A DNA stretch of 63,150 nucleotides, counting the filler, from Octopus bimaculoides (taxonomy: Eukaryota): NCBI RefSeq assembly GCF_001194135.2. It is 5 parts of 5 records of this genome, joined end to end, with 100 filler letters (N's around TTAATTAATTAA, not from the genome) between each part and the next. Parts side by side here need not be neighbours in the genome. Positions count along the whole stretch, not along the records: positions 42,582 to 59,180 come from NC_068986.1; positions 59,281 to 63,150 come from NC_068987.1; 3 more parts are not named here. One strand, given 5' to 3'. Both the position numbers and the translations under genes were made by a program. The notes under the pieces were generated by a model. The model was not told where the DNA came from, searched no databases, and saw only the letters and a program-made list of their open reading frames with translations. Numbering within the stretch: position 1 is the first letter of the stretch; every line of letters begins with the position of its first letter. Positions 47,400 to 60,860 of the stretch are shown here, piece after piece.

Positions 47400-47770
47400 A
47401 TCTTCTACTTGTGTAAGCCATAGTCCAGTGACCAAGCTGGGTCACTATTTCGAAATGCTTTTGTAGAATAGTTAGATCCTAGTACTATTACTTTTAAGTA
47501 TGATAAATATTGTGTCGGTCACATTTGCGGAATCGTAAGTTACAAGGAAATAGACAAACCTATTTTAATTTCAAGCGGTGGAACGGGACAAAACACAGGC
47601 AAGAGAAACACATATATCTGTAGGATGGACTTCCATGGCTACGTCATACCGAATGATCTCACACTGGATTGGTCGGTGCGGAGCTAGATTAGACAAAGCT
47701 TGTCTAAGGTCGCGCTCCGTGAAAGCGTAAATAGCATGGTTGCAAAGCAGCCCTCCTAATCACACCACCA
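47400..47770 (-). mobile_element. Ancient SINE-A-like copy
   Basis: Weak collinear similarity to SINE-A tail, middle and head (GCATGGTTGCAAAGCAG...TAATCACACCACC). Confidence 0.4.
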
Positions 47771-48426
47771 TGTTTTATGAAGAATATTTTACACCTACAC
47801 ATCACCATTGATTACACAAGAACACTTTCATTTAGCCATCACTTACGTCATCCACAAAACACGGATTTAATCGACCAATATGAAACCTGAATACATCAAA
47901 GCAGAATTACATCGGATCAACAGGATAAGGAGGAAAGACATTGAAGAACATCCAATGCTCAGTAAGAAATGGATATAGTCTTAGTATATTTAATACTGGT
48001 GCGTCCTTGTCTGTCAGGTTAGGATACTTAGTTTATTTAGTGAGCGACACAGATAATAAAAATGCGAAAGGGAAGGAGAGTTTAAGACTGGAATATAATA
48101 TGTTGGACGTGAGAAAAACATAAAACAAAAGGAATATATGCTTGACTTAATAACGACTCAGATTAGTTAGGAAAAGAGTAAAGGATTCAAAGAGAATATA
48201 AAGACCGACAGGCTTAACTTAACCAAAATCTGATTTGTAATAATGTATTTGTGTATGCATGGTTTCATTTATGTCTGTATAGGTGAGTGTGGGAGCGGTT
48301 GTGTGTCTGTAACTGTTTGCATGCGTAGTCTTTATCTGCACGTGTAAGTATTCAATGTGTGTGTATATACGTAAACACACATAAACATATACGCGAATTT
48401 ATGTATATAAACATATATATATATAT

Positions 48427-48530
48427 ATGCAGGAGTGGCTGTCTGCTAAGTAGCTTGCTTACCAAACACATGGTCATGGCTTCAGTCCCACTGCGTAGCA
48501 CCTTAAGCAAGTGTCTTCTTCTATAGCCTT
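48427..48530 (+). mobile_element. SINE-A head fragment
   Basis: GCAGGAGTGGCTGTCTGCTAAGTAGCTTGCTTACC...AAGCAAGTGTCTTCTTCTATAGCCT. Confidence 0.85.
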
Positions 48531-48543
48531 ATATACATATATA

Positions 48544-48579
<36 letters not shown>

Positions 48580-48590
48580 CGCACACACAC

Positions 48591-48624
<34 letters not shown>

Positions 48625-50118
48625 NNNNNNNNNNNNNNNNNNNNNNNNNNNNNNNNNNNNNNNNNNNNNNNNTATATACACACATCTATATGTATATAAG
48701 TATATATCTGTATGTATATATACAGTTCTATATTTAAGACATGAGGAATTATGTACATTATTTACATTTGATAGATAATTGTCCTCATCTAGTTTGTGGT
48801 TAACACAACTGACCAGTTGTAGAGATGAGTGGTCTTTGGTCAATTCCATTACGGACAGCAGGTGATTGGTCTCTAGAATATTTCAGTAAGTACATCATCA
48901 TAAAAAAAAAAAACTCTACGGGTTTGGTTTTGGATAAATGCTAATTACAAAATCATAAGTACTATTCTTTTTCAAGATATACTGGCTATTCTTGAGTTAC
49001 TTTACACTAGTTTTATTCTACTACAATCTATACACCTTGGTACATCTACATAAAGAGATAGCTTATAAAATATTTGTCTAGCTAATTTTCTAGTTCATTC
49101 TTTTTGCCTATTGACTTGAAGCTTCACGCTACAAAATGGTATGATTCTAATATACTGAGCATTCTGGCCTCATCTCGAAGCTCTGTTCTCTTCTCTTCCC
49201 ACTTCCCTTCATTTATTCTATTTTATGTATTTGTATTCATTCTGATGAAACTCCATGTACTAGATCGAATGTACTATAAATATGGCGAATATTATTTTCG
49301 GAATTTTCTTTCTGAGCACAGATTGACATTGACAGCCGAAACGGCCGTAAGAAATATTGTGTAATTTTGTGTTATATTTTGTTTTAAGAAATAATTAATC
49401 GATGTTAGTCAATTTGTTTGCTATTTGAACAAAGGTTTTCTCCATTTTCTGCTTATTTATATTCCATTCCTGACAAACTTTTGTTTATTCAGTTAGTACC
49501 TGTACCCTATGAGCATAGTGTGGCGCTTGCATACCCACGCCCAGGTATAATATAGGTAATTCATACCGGTAATAAGAACGGATATTCTTATCCCTTAGAC
49601 ATTTATTCCAACCGTTAAGTCTGCTTAAATTTATATATATATATATATATATATATNNNNNNNNNNNNNNNNNNNNNNNNNNNNNNNNNNNNNNNNNNNN
49701 NNNNNNNNNNNNNNNNNNNNNNNNNNNNNNNNNNNNNNNNNNNNNNNNNNNNNNNNNNNNNNNNNNNNNNNNNNNNNNNNNNNNNNNNNNNNNNNNNNNN
49801 NNNNNNNNNNNNNNNNNNNNNNNNNNNNNNNNNNNNNNNNNNNNNNNNNNNNNNNNNNNNNNNNNNNNNNNNNNNNNNNNNNNNNNNNNNNNNNNNNNNN
49901 NNNNNNNNNNNNNNNNNNNNNNNNNNNNNNNNNNNNNNNNNNNNNNNNNNNNNNNNNNNNNNNNNNNNNNNNNNNNNNNNNNNNNNNNNNNNNNNNNNNN
50001 NNNNNNNNNNNNNNNNNNNNNNNNNNNNNNNNNNNNNNNNNNNNNNNNNNNNNNNNNNNNNNNNNNNNNNNNNNNNNNNNNNNNNNNNNNNNNNNNNNNN
50101 NNNNNNNNNNNNNNNNNN

Positions 50119-50164
<46 letters not shown>

Positions 50165-50912
50165 TCATATATTTTGTGTGTGTACGCGCATAGAAATGTG
50201 TTTATGTATATGAGCGTGTGAGTGTGTGTATATATGCATACGGATGAATATTACAAGGTTAATGCATTTTATATATATTCACATCTATTCCCAAAGGAAA
50301 GATCTATTGAAATCGTTTCCCAATATTCACTGATGAAAATAGCGGATGAAAACACTGACGATTGAGATATATGTTCTACATTTACATAGTAAAAATATAT
50401 CGTATAATGACCAATAAATGACCGGAACACAGATTTATGGCAAAGTAATTTTACTGGAAACCACTTACAGGCTAAACACGAAGCCAGAAATGTTTCACTT
50501 CCAAATCGTATGCTGATATATTTAATATCTGACATCCACTAATTCGGTTCATGCTCCTAGCTGTTATATATGTATGTGTTTATGTGTGTGTACGTATGTA
50601 TATAGATATGTGTGTATGTATGTATGTATGTATGTATGTATGTATATATATATATATNNNNNNNNNNNNNNNNNNNNNNNNNNNNNNNNNNNNNNNNNNN
50701 NNNNNNNNNNNNNNNNNNNNNNNNNNNNNNNNNNNNNNNNNNNNNNNNNNNNNNNNNNNNNNNNNNNNNNNNNNNNNNNNNNNTATATATTTATATATAT
50801 ATATGTATGGGTGTGTGTACATATGTATTTATGTGTCTATGTATCTACAAATATATATGTATATACATACATGCACGGGCACACACAGGCGCACACACAC
50901 ACACGCATATAT

Positions 50913-50959
<47 letters not shown>

Positions 50960-51588
50960 ATAGATATATGCATGTATACATAATTTTCTGCTTGCATACA
51001 TACCTTTTCACCTTCTAAGTATAAAGTCGTAGAAAGTAACTTACGTAGGGCCCGATCCATTTGTAACTCAAAATAATTATAGCTGACATAAAAGTTTGTT
51101 GGTTGGAAGGGAGGGAGCTGTTTTGCATTACATACCGATCGGAGGAAAACAATAATAAGACGGGGTTGCAGAAAGACTTAATAGAAGAAATGAAAGATGC
51201 GTGCATATATACGATTTCATGACAGGCAGGTGGACAGAAGTATATGGTAGGAATTTATAGAAAAGAGAAACTTGTTTTATTTAATTTCATGGCTACTAAT
51301 AATTATTTTGCTTTGGAAAATTGATATTCGTTTCGTAAATTTTATAAGCATCAAGACGTGTTAGAAGTCAAATCATAATATTTATATGCATGCCACATTT
51401 CCGGATAATACTCACAGTAGTAAAAGTATATTTTGTAAATGTCTTCGCATATGGCGGGTAAGCCATTTTACTTAGTTTACATGTTCAAACAACTTGATGT
51501 ATCTGATGGCTGTGTAATGATCGGATTGTTCTAACTGGATACATATGTTTGTGAGTATTTCATAGTGGGTGTGTGTGGACGCGCGTGT

Positions 51589-51626
<38 letters not shown>

Positions 51627-52572
51627 ATATTATATAGACACAGACTCCTCAGCTGGCATATAAATTAATTGTGCAATACACATTTTATTAGCTTGTCACA
51701 AATGCATTAAAATTTACATATAATTGGACACGTGTGTTTTTCGGAATTATATATGCGTCTGTGTGTTTGCGTATGCATGCGTGTATGTGTGCATATGTTT
51801 GTACGTCTTTGTACGTGTGTCTTATGTATGTGAAGTTTATCCGACTGAATGTGTATGAGTATCCCGTCTGCACAACCATAATTTATTGCCGAGAAAACAT
51901 TTAGGAGCTACAGTTTGACGAGCTGAAATTGAAATGATTTAATACCCTATAATTTCAGATTAAACACATCAAGGTACGTTAATTAGCGACTCATATTCCA
52001 CCAAACGCCTCTGCGCTGTGGTAAATGTTATAGGCCATAGCTGAACGATCTCGACAATGAGAATCTGCGACTGGACTTCAATCAACGTAACTAATTATGC
52101 AGTGAAATGATTAATTACAGATATGATTATTTAGTCTAACCATATCATACAATCTGATAAGTTTGATCATCCTGCAAATTCGAATGTAAATGTATGTCTG
52201 CATTTAACAATCTATTTATCTATACACACAATATACATACCGTATATGCATGTGTGTGTTTATATGTACATGTGTATGTATCCTCCTAGTGTTGACTGTT
52301 GAACGAAACAGTATTCAATGATATAGCAGAATTGTTTCAATTTTGTTCCAGTCAGACACTTTCTACTCTAAAGTTTAATCTGTGCAGAAGTTCATCACGC
52401 ATGTTATAATTCACAGGAGTTATGTTACTTATAGGTGAGAACACCCTGATATGTGTGTGTGTGTGTGCGTACAAACGACTTCGTCTTTGTATAAATCTAT
52501 CTGTCTATCTCTTTCTCTCTCACCCTCTCTCACCATCTCTTTATCTCTCTCTTCTATATATATTAATATACA

Positions 52573-52604
<32 letters not shown>

Positions 52605-54599
52605 TGTGTGTGTGCGCGCGTGTGTGTGTGTGCGTGGGTATGTATGTAATGTATGTTTGTCCTCACACAAACATACACATATGATAACGTACCCCATAAT
52701 TCCCAATATAAAACTAAAAAGGAAAATGGCAACTGTCTCTCATTGTGTCTCAGGCTGTTGAGCAGGACCTATATTGTTAGTAATAAGAGTTAAGATACCG
52801 AGAACAGCAAGAAAGCACATTTTCATATACTGACATGGGAGATAACCGCCCCAATTTCAAAGCTAGACTACTGGGCTAGACTATATACGCCTGTTAAATT
52901 TCTGAAGCGTCAGCAGTGACTAAGTTATTTTGTAATTTTTGCACTAGCATTCGCTAATTCAGCATTAAGTTAATATGGTAAATATATATATATATATACT
53001 GAGAGCCTGAACTTAGCCAAATATTTCAGTGACGGAGTAGTCACTGCTGACGATTCTGCATTTTTACACCCTCACCCTATATATAAATGCCTACATAAAT
53101 ACATACTCATATATGTGTATAGGTGGGCGTCTTTACGAGCGTTTTGGGGTTGATGTTTTGTTTCTTCGTCTTTAAAGTAGCGATCTAATATAAATACGGA
53201 TTTAATTAACATAAACACCGACGGAATATATCTTATTCTTTCGACAAAATAGAGTTTCATGCTATCCTCCAGCGTTTGTACAAACAAGTAGAAAAAGAAT
53301 TCAACTATCAATTATATTATTAAATAAAGTGAGGGACATAAACGGGAGAGAAAGAGAGACAGGAAATGCATTAGTAGTTGATATAGAATATGTATGTCAT
53401 CATGTAAAGGTGAGTTTAGCGTCGGTAGAATAATGAATTTAATGAACAGCTGTGTAAAATAAATGCATAGAAAAAGAGAAACATAAAGAATGAGAGAGAG
53501 GGAGAGAGAGAATGGGAAATAGATTTGTCGATATGGAATGTGTATTACAGATTGCAATGGAGATCATGAACGTCGGTGTTTACATATATTGCTGAAGGCT
53601 CGATCAATACTTCTCAGCATTTGGGACCACAATTGTAACATGAAAGTAATTGTAAATAGGTGCAAACCAAATACCGCAAATGACTCTTTGTACAGAACAC
53701 TAGCCACTTGCTGTCGGCGAAGGATATTCACATATGCATATCCACATGCATTAATCAGAGTTCCACTGCTTTCCTTTCACGGGAGAATCAGGAAAGCACA
53801 ATTGTTGTTATATTCATATGTAGAACAGTCTTCTTCAAATATAAGATGAATGTAAAACAAATTTAATCAAAAGAAAGCGTATGCAAGATTGTATAAGAAT
53901 GAGTACGACATTCAAAGGAAAGTCTGTTTGATACGTTGCTTCTGATGTGTGACATAGCTTAGCTCAACCCTTCCCGAAGTAATCGGAACACCACTTTCCG
54001 AACAGCAGTTTCCATCAAAATACAAACCCACCTTTCAATATCATGAGCTATATCATGGCTCCTTAACCTTTTTTACCGTCATCACCCTAATTTTCATCAC
54101 GAGATTTTTCACAACCCCAGGTAATATGCGTTTGTGAAATAACATATGAACTGAAATTCAAGTCTTTGAAGTTAATTTTCGAGATCCCATTTCGGGTTTA
54201 AGAAGTGCTGTGTTACATGAATTGTTTCCTTGAATGATTACATGCAACTTAAACTTACGTGCAGCTTAATTCAGTTTTAGTTTTGTAGGTGTGACATGTG
54301 TACACGGCTGAATCAGTCAGAACGTACAAGTTTAATTCTTGTAATGCCGTATCATATTTTCATCGTTCATTTGTATATTTTCAATTCCCGGACATTTTTT
54401 TTAATTGCTGACTCCTCAATACAAGTATTATCCTAGTGTAGGATATTTTAAGTAAAGTATACCCGATGAAAAGGTTTATGAATGGATGGTTTATGATACC
54501 TGTGGAGTATCCCCTTCTCCTATGATAATTATTTTGTAGTTCCAAGGATCTGGAACACAACGAAGTATACAAGCGGAGTACAATTCAATAGCTGTTTAT

Positions 54600-55286
54600 T
54601 TTACTGAGTTCTCGTTCATGTGGTTCGCTCTCAGTGACCATGTTTATAGTAGCGCCTGGTTTATCTTAGCTCCGTACGACAAGAGCTGGTGTGTTCTGCC
54701 CAAAGTGTGTCCATGTGACATGTTAATGCATCGACTCTCTCCAAATGTCGTCATGTGACAAGGTAGGAGACTTTGTGGTAGTAGAGGAAGCTACTACGGG
54801 GTGTGATCAGGTATGGTGAGGTGCAGGCTGTACAGTGAACTCTATGATCTTGACCGCCTTCGAGTGAATTGGAGTCGGACGTTGTGGCCAGTATTGATTA
54901 GAAATTTGGCGGTAGACGAGAGAAAAACAATTTCCTTAGCAGATGATTGTCCGCAAGTGGAGTGTCCCTGAGTTCTCGCAAATGACGAAAAAACTCAGAT
55001 GGTGTCCTATCTCCAAGGTTTTCATCTAGCATCAGTGTCTGGAATATGCTTTCCGTGGATTGTGTGTTCCGACGGAGAACCTAGGATTTGACAGACGCGT
55101 AAGTTGCATCAGGATGTGGGTCAGTGATGAGATCTTTCACTGAGCGTGTAAGAGGTGAAAGCATCCCACAGTACAAAAGGTTTAGCTGCTGTTGGTGAGG
55201 CACAGCATGGGCGGAAAATATGTATCCAATAGAGCAAACCAAAGTGTGACGTCACCAGCGTACGCAGGTAAGTTGGGAAGACTCAT
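54600..55286 (-). mobile_element. Decayed Gypsy-type LTR retrotransposon gag
   Basis: Minus frames read MSLPNLPAYAGDVTLWFALLDTYF and LDENLGDRTPSEFFRHLREL...LLRKLFFSRLPPNF*SILA, matching the LP.F....V..WF and LGDR.PS..LR...L gag motifs. No LTRs were identified. Confidence 0.7.
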
Positions 55287-55383
55287 TGTGTACAGAGAAA
55301 AGAAAGGAAAACGACCAAAGTACCGACAAAAGTGTTGTTGGAATAGTAACGTGTATGAAAAAAGAAAACAAAATTTAACATAT

Positions 55384-55699
55384 AGGCGCAGGAGTAGGTG
55401 TGTGGTAAGTAGCTTGCTTACCAACCACATGGTTCCGGGTTCATTCCCACTGCGTGGCACCTTGGGCAAGTGTCTTCTACTATAGCCTCGGGCCAACCAA
55501 AGCCTTGTGAGTGGATTCGGTGGACGGAAACCGAAAGAAGCCTGTCGTATATATGTATATATATATATATNNNNNNNNNNNNNNNNNNNNNNNNNNNNNN
55601 NNNNNNNNNNNNNNNNNNNNNNNNNNNNNNNNNNNNNNNNNNNNNNNNNNNNNNNNNNNNNNNNNNNNNNNNNNNNNNNNNNNNNNNNNNNNNNNNNNN

Positions 55700-55762
<63 letters not shown>

Positions 55763-56013
55763 TGTCTGTGTGTCTGTGTCTGTGTTTATCTGTGTGTGTG
55801 CGTGTTTGTGTGTCTTGTTTGTCACCCCAACATCGCTTAAAAACCGATGCTGGTGTGTGTACGTCCCCGTAACTTAGTGGTTCGGCCTTCAGAAACCGAT
55901 CGAATAAGTACTAGGCTTACAAAGAATAATACCTGGGGTTGATTTGCTCAATTAAAGGCCATGCTCCAGCATGGCCGCAGTCAAATGACTGACACAAGTA
56001 AAAGAGTAAAATA
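55384..56013 (+). mobile_element. SINE-A, full length, with an expanded internal microsatellite containing a gap
   Basis: Head 55384-55548, gap 55571-55699, tail ending GTAAAAGAGTAAAATAGT. Confidence 0.9.
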
Positions 56014-56279
56014 GTGTATGTAACTATTTCAACTTTGGATATATGTTTAGTCGTATGCCAATTAAAGCGCATTCACTGTTTGGGCTAACTGATGTCATCC
56101 ACGATAACCATATAATTTTGTCTGGATCTACGTCAGGAAATCTGCAGTGTTTGTTGAGTTTATATTTGAGTTTGTTTTAACTCATTCTTTGTGCATATCC
56201 CATCTGTTTATAAAACAGTTGTAAACATTAGAAGTTATGGCAGAAAATAGCATTTTTTTGAGAATTTACATTGAAATGT

Positions 56280-56485
56280 CCTATTGATTTTTGAAAAATC
56301 GATGCTGATTAAAAAGTATTGGTCTTTTGGAATTCTAAGCGTTTACATAACCCCATAGACATGAGCCACACACATATGTCAAGTTTAATCAAGATCGGTT
56401 GGATAGTCTCGGATGGGTTAAATAACAATTTCACTAACACACACAGCCACAAACTGACAGATATTGCCATTTATGTATATAGATA
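56280..56485 (+). mobile_element. Possible Helitron/Helentron-derived non-autonomous end
   Basis: GTCAAGTTTAATCAAGATCGGTTG...(CA)n...GATATTGCCATTTATGTATATAGAT resembles DINE-1/HINE-type ends; from recall only. Confidence 0.4.
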
Positions 56486-56821
56486 AATTGTTTCTTATGC
56501 TATATAGACACCTACCAAAAGTGAAGCTTTCGACTACAACAATGTGCCAGAAAATGTCTTCCTAATTTAAGGCGAAAATGTAGATGTCATTTTATTGTGT
56601 CCCAAGTTTCAAAGTGTTTCGTTAAAAAAATACTGGTGCCCCCGTTTTGAACTAGATCCCACTGCTGCTTCATATTTCTACTTATTTTCATGTAAGAAGA
56701 ATAATAATTGTACATACGTCACATCTTTCCATGCGACAGAATTAAATGTTTGCTTGTTCCACTGCATTCTTCTACCCGAACACATTCTCCGTTTCTCTCT
56801 CTCCATATAGATGTGTGTGTA

Positions 56822-56856
<35 letters not shown>

Positions 56857-57124
56857 CTGAACGAATTTACGATACACTCCTTTCAAAATTTCCATTGCGT
56901 CTAATCTTACGTCATGCTTATAAACCAGTCTAATAGTAATGAGTTAGGTACCAATGCTGTATCCATAGAAATTGGTTCAATAGAATTTTTTCTTTCAAAT
57001 TATATGAAAATTAGTATATTTTCTATAAAAATGTTCAGATGGGGCATGGCTATGGAAATAAGTCAGATGTTTAATAAAGGAGAAGGTTATCAACACAACG
57101 CAATATTAGGCAACATCAAGGTGC

Positions 57125-57285
57125 ATAGCGGGCAGAACTCTTTGCCCACCGGGCAAAGTGCCAGGTGTCATTTCGTCCGTTTTAACGTTCTGAGTTCACA
57201 TCTCACGGCTTCGCTCTCGGTTTCAATCTCTTACCTTCGGTAAAATAAGTACCACTTGAGTACCGGATTCAATATATGCCACTTA
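57125..57285 (+). mobile_element. Very old SINE-B-related copy
   Basis: CATTTCGTCCGTTTTAACGTTCTGAGTTCAC...GGTAAAATAAGTACCACTTGAGTACC. Confidence 0.5.
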
Positions 57286-57888
57286 CCAATCTTCGGAACT
57301 CGTTAGCTTCCGTCAACATCTAAAACGAATATTAGTCAACAGGGAGCTCCTTAAAGAAATTGTCAGCTATAAAATGAAACGGATCTTATTTCATAGCTGA
57401 CAGCAATTGGCTTACGTTTTTGTACTCTACGGTGGGAATGTAATATGCGGATTCTAATTATTTGAACAGAACAGTTTTCATAATGCGATTAACTCTTAGA
57501 AATTTTGCATATATTCTGTCTTTAGAAGTGCTTTCCAAACATAGAGAGATAGAGGAACTATACCAAATTTCGGGTCCAAGAACAGCAGCGCGTTGAATGG
57601 AAGACCAACGACAGACATAAACATATATACACACACAAACACGTTTACGCACACATGTTAACACAGGTGCATATAAGGATATACAATATAGAAGAGCAGA
57701 ATGAAATAAGTAGAGCATGAGCACAGAGACGGAAAGTGTCGGTGAGTGAATAAGTCACAGATGTGTGACAAAAGATTTCCGGACAATGGACATGAATTAG
57801 AAGAACAGTAATAAACGAATGAAGAACTTATATGTAGTGCGTGTGCTTATTTGACCCCGCCATAAAATGACCGTACCGAAATACAAAA

Positions 57889-57933
<45 letters not shown>

Positions 57934-58079
57934 NNNNNNNNNNNNNNNNNNNNNNNNNNNNNNNNNNNNNNNNNNNNNNNNNNNNNNNNNNNNNNNNNNN
58001 NNNNNNNNNNNNNNNNNNTATATATATATATATATATATTTGTTTTTATGTGTGTTTGTGTGTGTGTGCGTGTGTGTAC

Positions 58080-58210
58080 AGAGTAAATGCCACCCTCACT
58101 CATGAATGACCATGGGACTATACACCACCTCCGATGCACAAGTCTTGGCTAAGTTGTTTTATGAAAGACTAGCAGTGGCCCGAGCATACCAGCCTCTCCT
58201 CTGTACGTTA
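58080..58210 (-). mobile_element. 3' part of a SINE-D-like element
   Basis: Minus GAGAGGCTGGTATGCTCGGGCCACTGCTAGTCTTTCATAAAACAACTT matches 24790-24845. Confidence 0.6.
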
Positions 58211-58214
58211 CTCT

Positions 58215-58500
58215 ATATCGATTATCACATTTACTGCTTTTCTTGAATCTCTGTTCCTGTTGTGTATCAGGTATTTGGTTCATATTTCCTGTTCCTGGAT
58301 TGCAAACGCATGCCCTTCAAATTGGGAGGTAATAATTCGGTTATTGGTCCACGATAAACTGCTTTGTTGATCAATGTTACTGTCATCTAGGAGCTTTCTA
58401 CTCACATATCCATGCAAAGTCTTCAGATCATATATACTCGACCTTTCATCTGATGATACATTGCTGTAGATTCGTGCAACTTGTTTGGTCATTTATTTTA
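58215..58500 (-). mobile_element. R4/Dong-like LINE ORF fragment (post-RT region)
   Basis: LKTLHGYVSRKLLDDSNIDQQSSLSW...FEGHAFAIQEQEI*TKYLIH matches the K.LHG...W......EG...A.QEQ.I.T motif of R4/Dong-type ORFs. Confidence 0.7.
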
Positions 58501-58620
58501 GGCTACCAGACGAGGAATTTTGCTCAAGGAGCCTCATCTATGCAAACGTGGTCAAGGGACACTCGCTGTTTAAAAGGTGTTGCAGAAGAGATATGAAAGG
58601 CATGTTGGATCGATGTTAAG
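58500..58620 (+). mobile_element. Possible decayed RTE C-terminal fragment
   Basis: Frameshifted pieces RLP / KRGQG / FKRCCRRDMK resemble RLPK..LYGEL..GKR..GR...RFKD..KRDMK. Confidence 0.35.
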
Positions 58621-58672
58621 CCTCTGCTACCTTGTTTTCATTATAGGCAGGGGCGGTCTACGTCACTATATA

Positions 58673-58708
<36 letters not shown>

Positions 58709-59373
58709 TGTATGTATGTGTGTAGGTATGTATGTGTGTGTGTATATGTACATATATCGATGTATGTATCTGTGTATGAATGTGCGTGTATCACTGTTTG
58801 TATGTGCTTGTGTGTATGCGTTTGTGTGAGTGCGTGTGCAGCCCATACACAAGCATAAAGTCATTTGATAACGCAGACACTAGACGGGATTACATTTCTA
58901 GACTGCATACGAACTGATACCTCAAGACGTCAAGCCAAAATCTCTATGGTATAAGTAAAATTCTGTCTGCCTCTTATTTCCTATTACGAATTGTTTTTAG
59001 CTTACCATATAATATACAAGGGTACGTTACTGTTTGAATAGACCGTGTTTTCTATACATGAACCAGTTAACTTTCAACTGTGACTTGATAGCCTGTTAGT
59101 CGACAGTAGTTTCCTTCAGTTGAAACTTTAATCCCATGATATGTATATGCATATGTACATGTATATATATATATATATATNNNNNNNNNNNNNNNNNNNN
59201 NNNNNNNNNNNNNNNNNNNNNNNNTTAATTAATTAANNNNNNNNNNNNNNNNNNNNNNNNNNNNNNNNNNNNNNNNNNNNAGCACCACAGCAAACCACAG
59301 CACATACCCAAGGCACACGGAGCTGCGCTCGGTAGTGAAGTGAAAGCACGTTATAAAAATGAAATTACTGAAC

Positions 59374-59379
<6 letters not shown>

Positions 59380-59433
<54 letters not shown>

Positions 59434-59527
59434 CATAATAACAATAATAATAATAATAATGATCATGATGATGATAATAATAATAATATTAATGATGATG
59501 ATGATGATGATAATAATAATAATATTA

Positions 59528-59560
<33 letters not shown>
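59380..59560. repeat. (AAT)n/(GAT)n tract
   Basis: Read directly. Confidence 0.95.
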
Positions 59561-59561
<1 letters not shown>

Positions 59562-59716
59562 GAGAAGAAAAGGAAAGAAAGGGAGGGAGAGAAAGAAAGA
59601 GAAAAACAAGCGAGAGAGAAAGAACGGATAGAGAGAAGGAAAGAAAGAGAGGAGGAGTGATAGATGGAAGAGAAGGAAAGAGGGAAAATGAGAAACTGAA
59701 GGCAATTTGCAAAATA

Positions 59717-59793
59717 TAGATGTTTCCGATCTAGTTTGGATTCTTTGCCAAATTTGATGGCAAAGAATCCAAACTAGATCGAAAACATGTCTA
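59717..59793. other. Short hairpin: 24-bp perfect stem, 7-nt loop, imperfect extension
   Basis: CGATCTAGTTTGGATTCTTTGCCA (59727-59750) and TGGCAAAGAATCCAAACTAGATCG (59758-59781). Confidence 0.9.
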
Positions 59794-60088
59794 TTACGCT
59801 ACCAGAGACTTTATTTTACTTAAGTTTCAATGTTGTTAGAATTCATTATCGCTGGAAGCGTACATCTGAGTAGTCAAATACTTTTAGACTAAGTAAAACA
59901 ATGGAAAATGTTACAATATTGTTTAGTTTCTTTTATTTACACATAACGTTACCATAAAACTAAATACTGAAAATGTTTATGGAGCAAGCAAAATGAGCAA
60001 ATAATTGAATAATTTTGAAGATACGATACGAATGAAAGCTACAGCTTGATGGTATCACGAAACGCCGGGTTCTGGGTACAAAATCGAG

Positions 60089-60125
<37 letters not shown>

Positions 60126-60277
60126 NNNNNNNNNNNNNNNNNNNNNNNNNNNNNNNNNNNNNNNNNNNNNNNNNNNNNNNNNNNNNNNNNNNNNNNNNNN
60201 NNNNNNNNNNNNNNNNNNNNNNNNNNNNNNNNNNNNNNNNNNNNNNNNNNNNNNNNNNNNNNNNNNNNNNNNNNNNN

Positions 60278-60380
60278 AACTACTGATTCCAAACTACAAA
60301 TTTTCTCTAAAGTGGATGGATGTGTGCCATAAATATCGCCATCCACTTTAGAGAAAATTTGTAGTTTGGAATCAGTAGTT
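60278..60380. other. Perfect 42-bp inverted repeat abutting a gap
   Basis: Arms 60278-60319 and 60339-60380, 19-nt loop. Confidence 0.85.
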
Positions 60381-60789
60381 CTTTGACTGCTATTTCTAAA
60401 TTTTCAGTATGTTGGAGAAGCAACTCAATTGCTAATCCCTGTATATTTATAATGATAAATAGTCTTACCGATAAAGGTTTTTTTCATACTGAACTACTTG
60501 GCAGAATTGTTAGTTATTAATTCTATTATTAATTGACGATTCTCTGCCCTTATTCTTGTATATATATATATATATATATATATACTTGTGGTCGATCATA
60601 TCATTCACTTCTCTTTCTTTCTTTCTTTCTTTCTTCGTTTGTTTGTTTCTTGCTTCCTGCCTTCCTTTCTTTCTTTCTTTCTTTCTTTCTTTTATAAATT
60701 TACTATTGGTAATTCATTATTTTGCATTCTAAGAATCATGCGATCCATAGAGCTTCTTATAGGCGACAGTTTAGCTATAGTTCTTTATC

Positions 60790-60860
<71 letters not shown>

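Noticed and set aside
53538-53849. 103-codon + strand ORF in unique sequence
   Set aside because: No recognisable motif and no strong donor. This length is compatible with chance.
57361-57402. Small hairpin TGTCAGCTAT...ATAGCTGACA
   Set aside because: Only 10 bp pair perfectly, which is within chance expectation for 63 kb.
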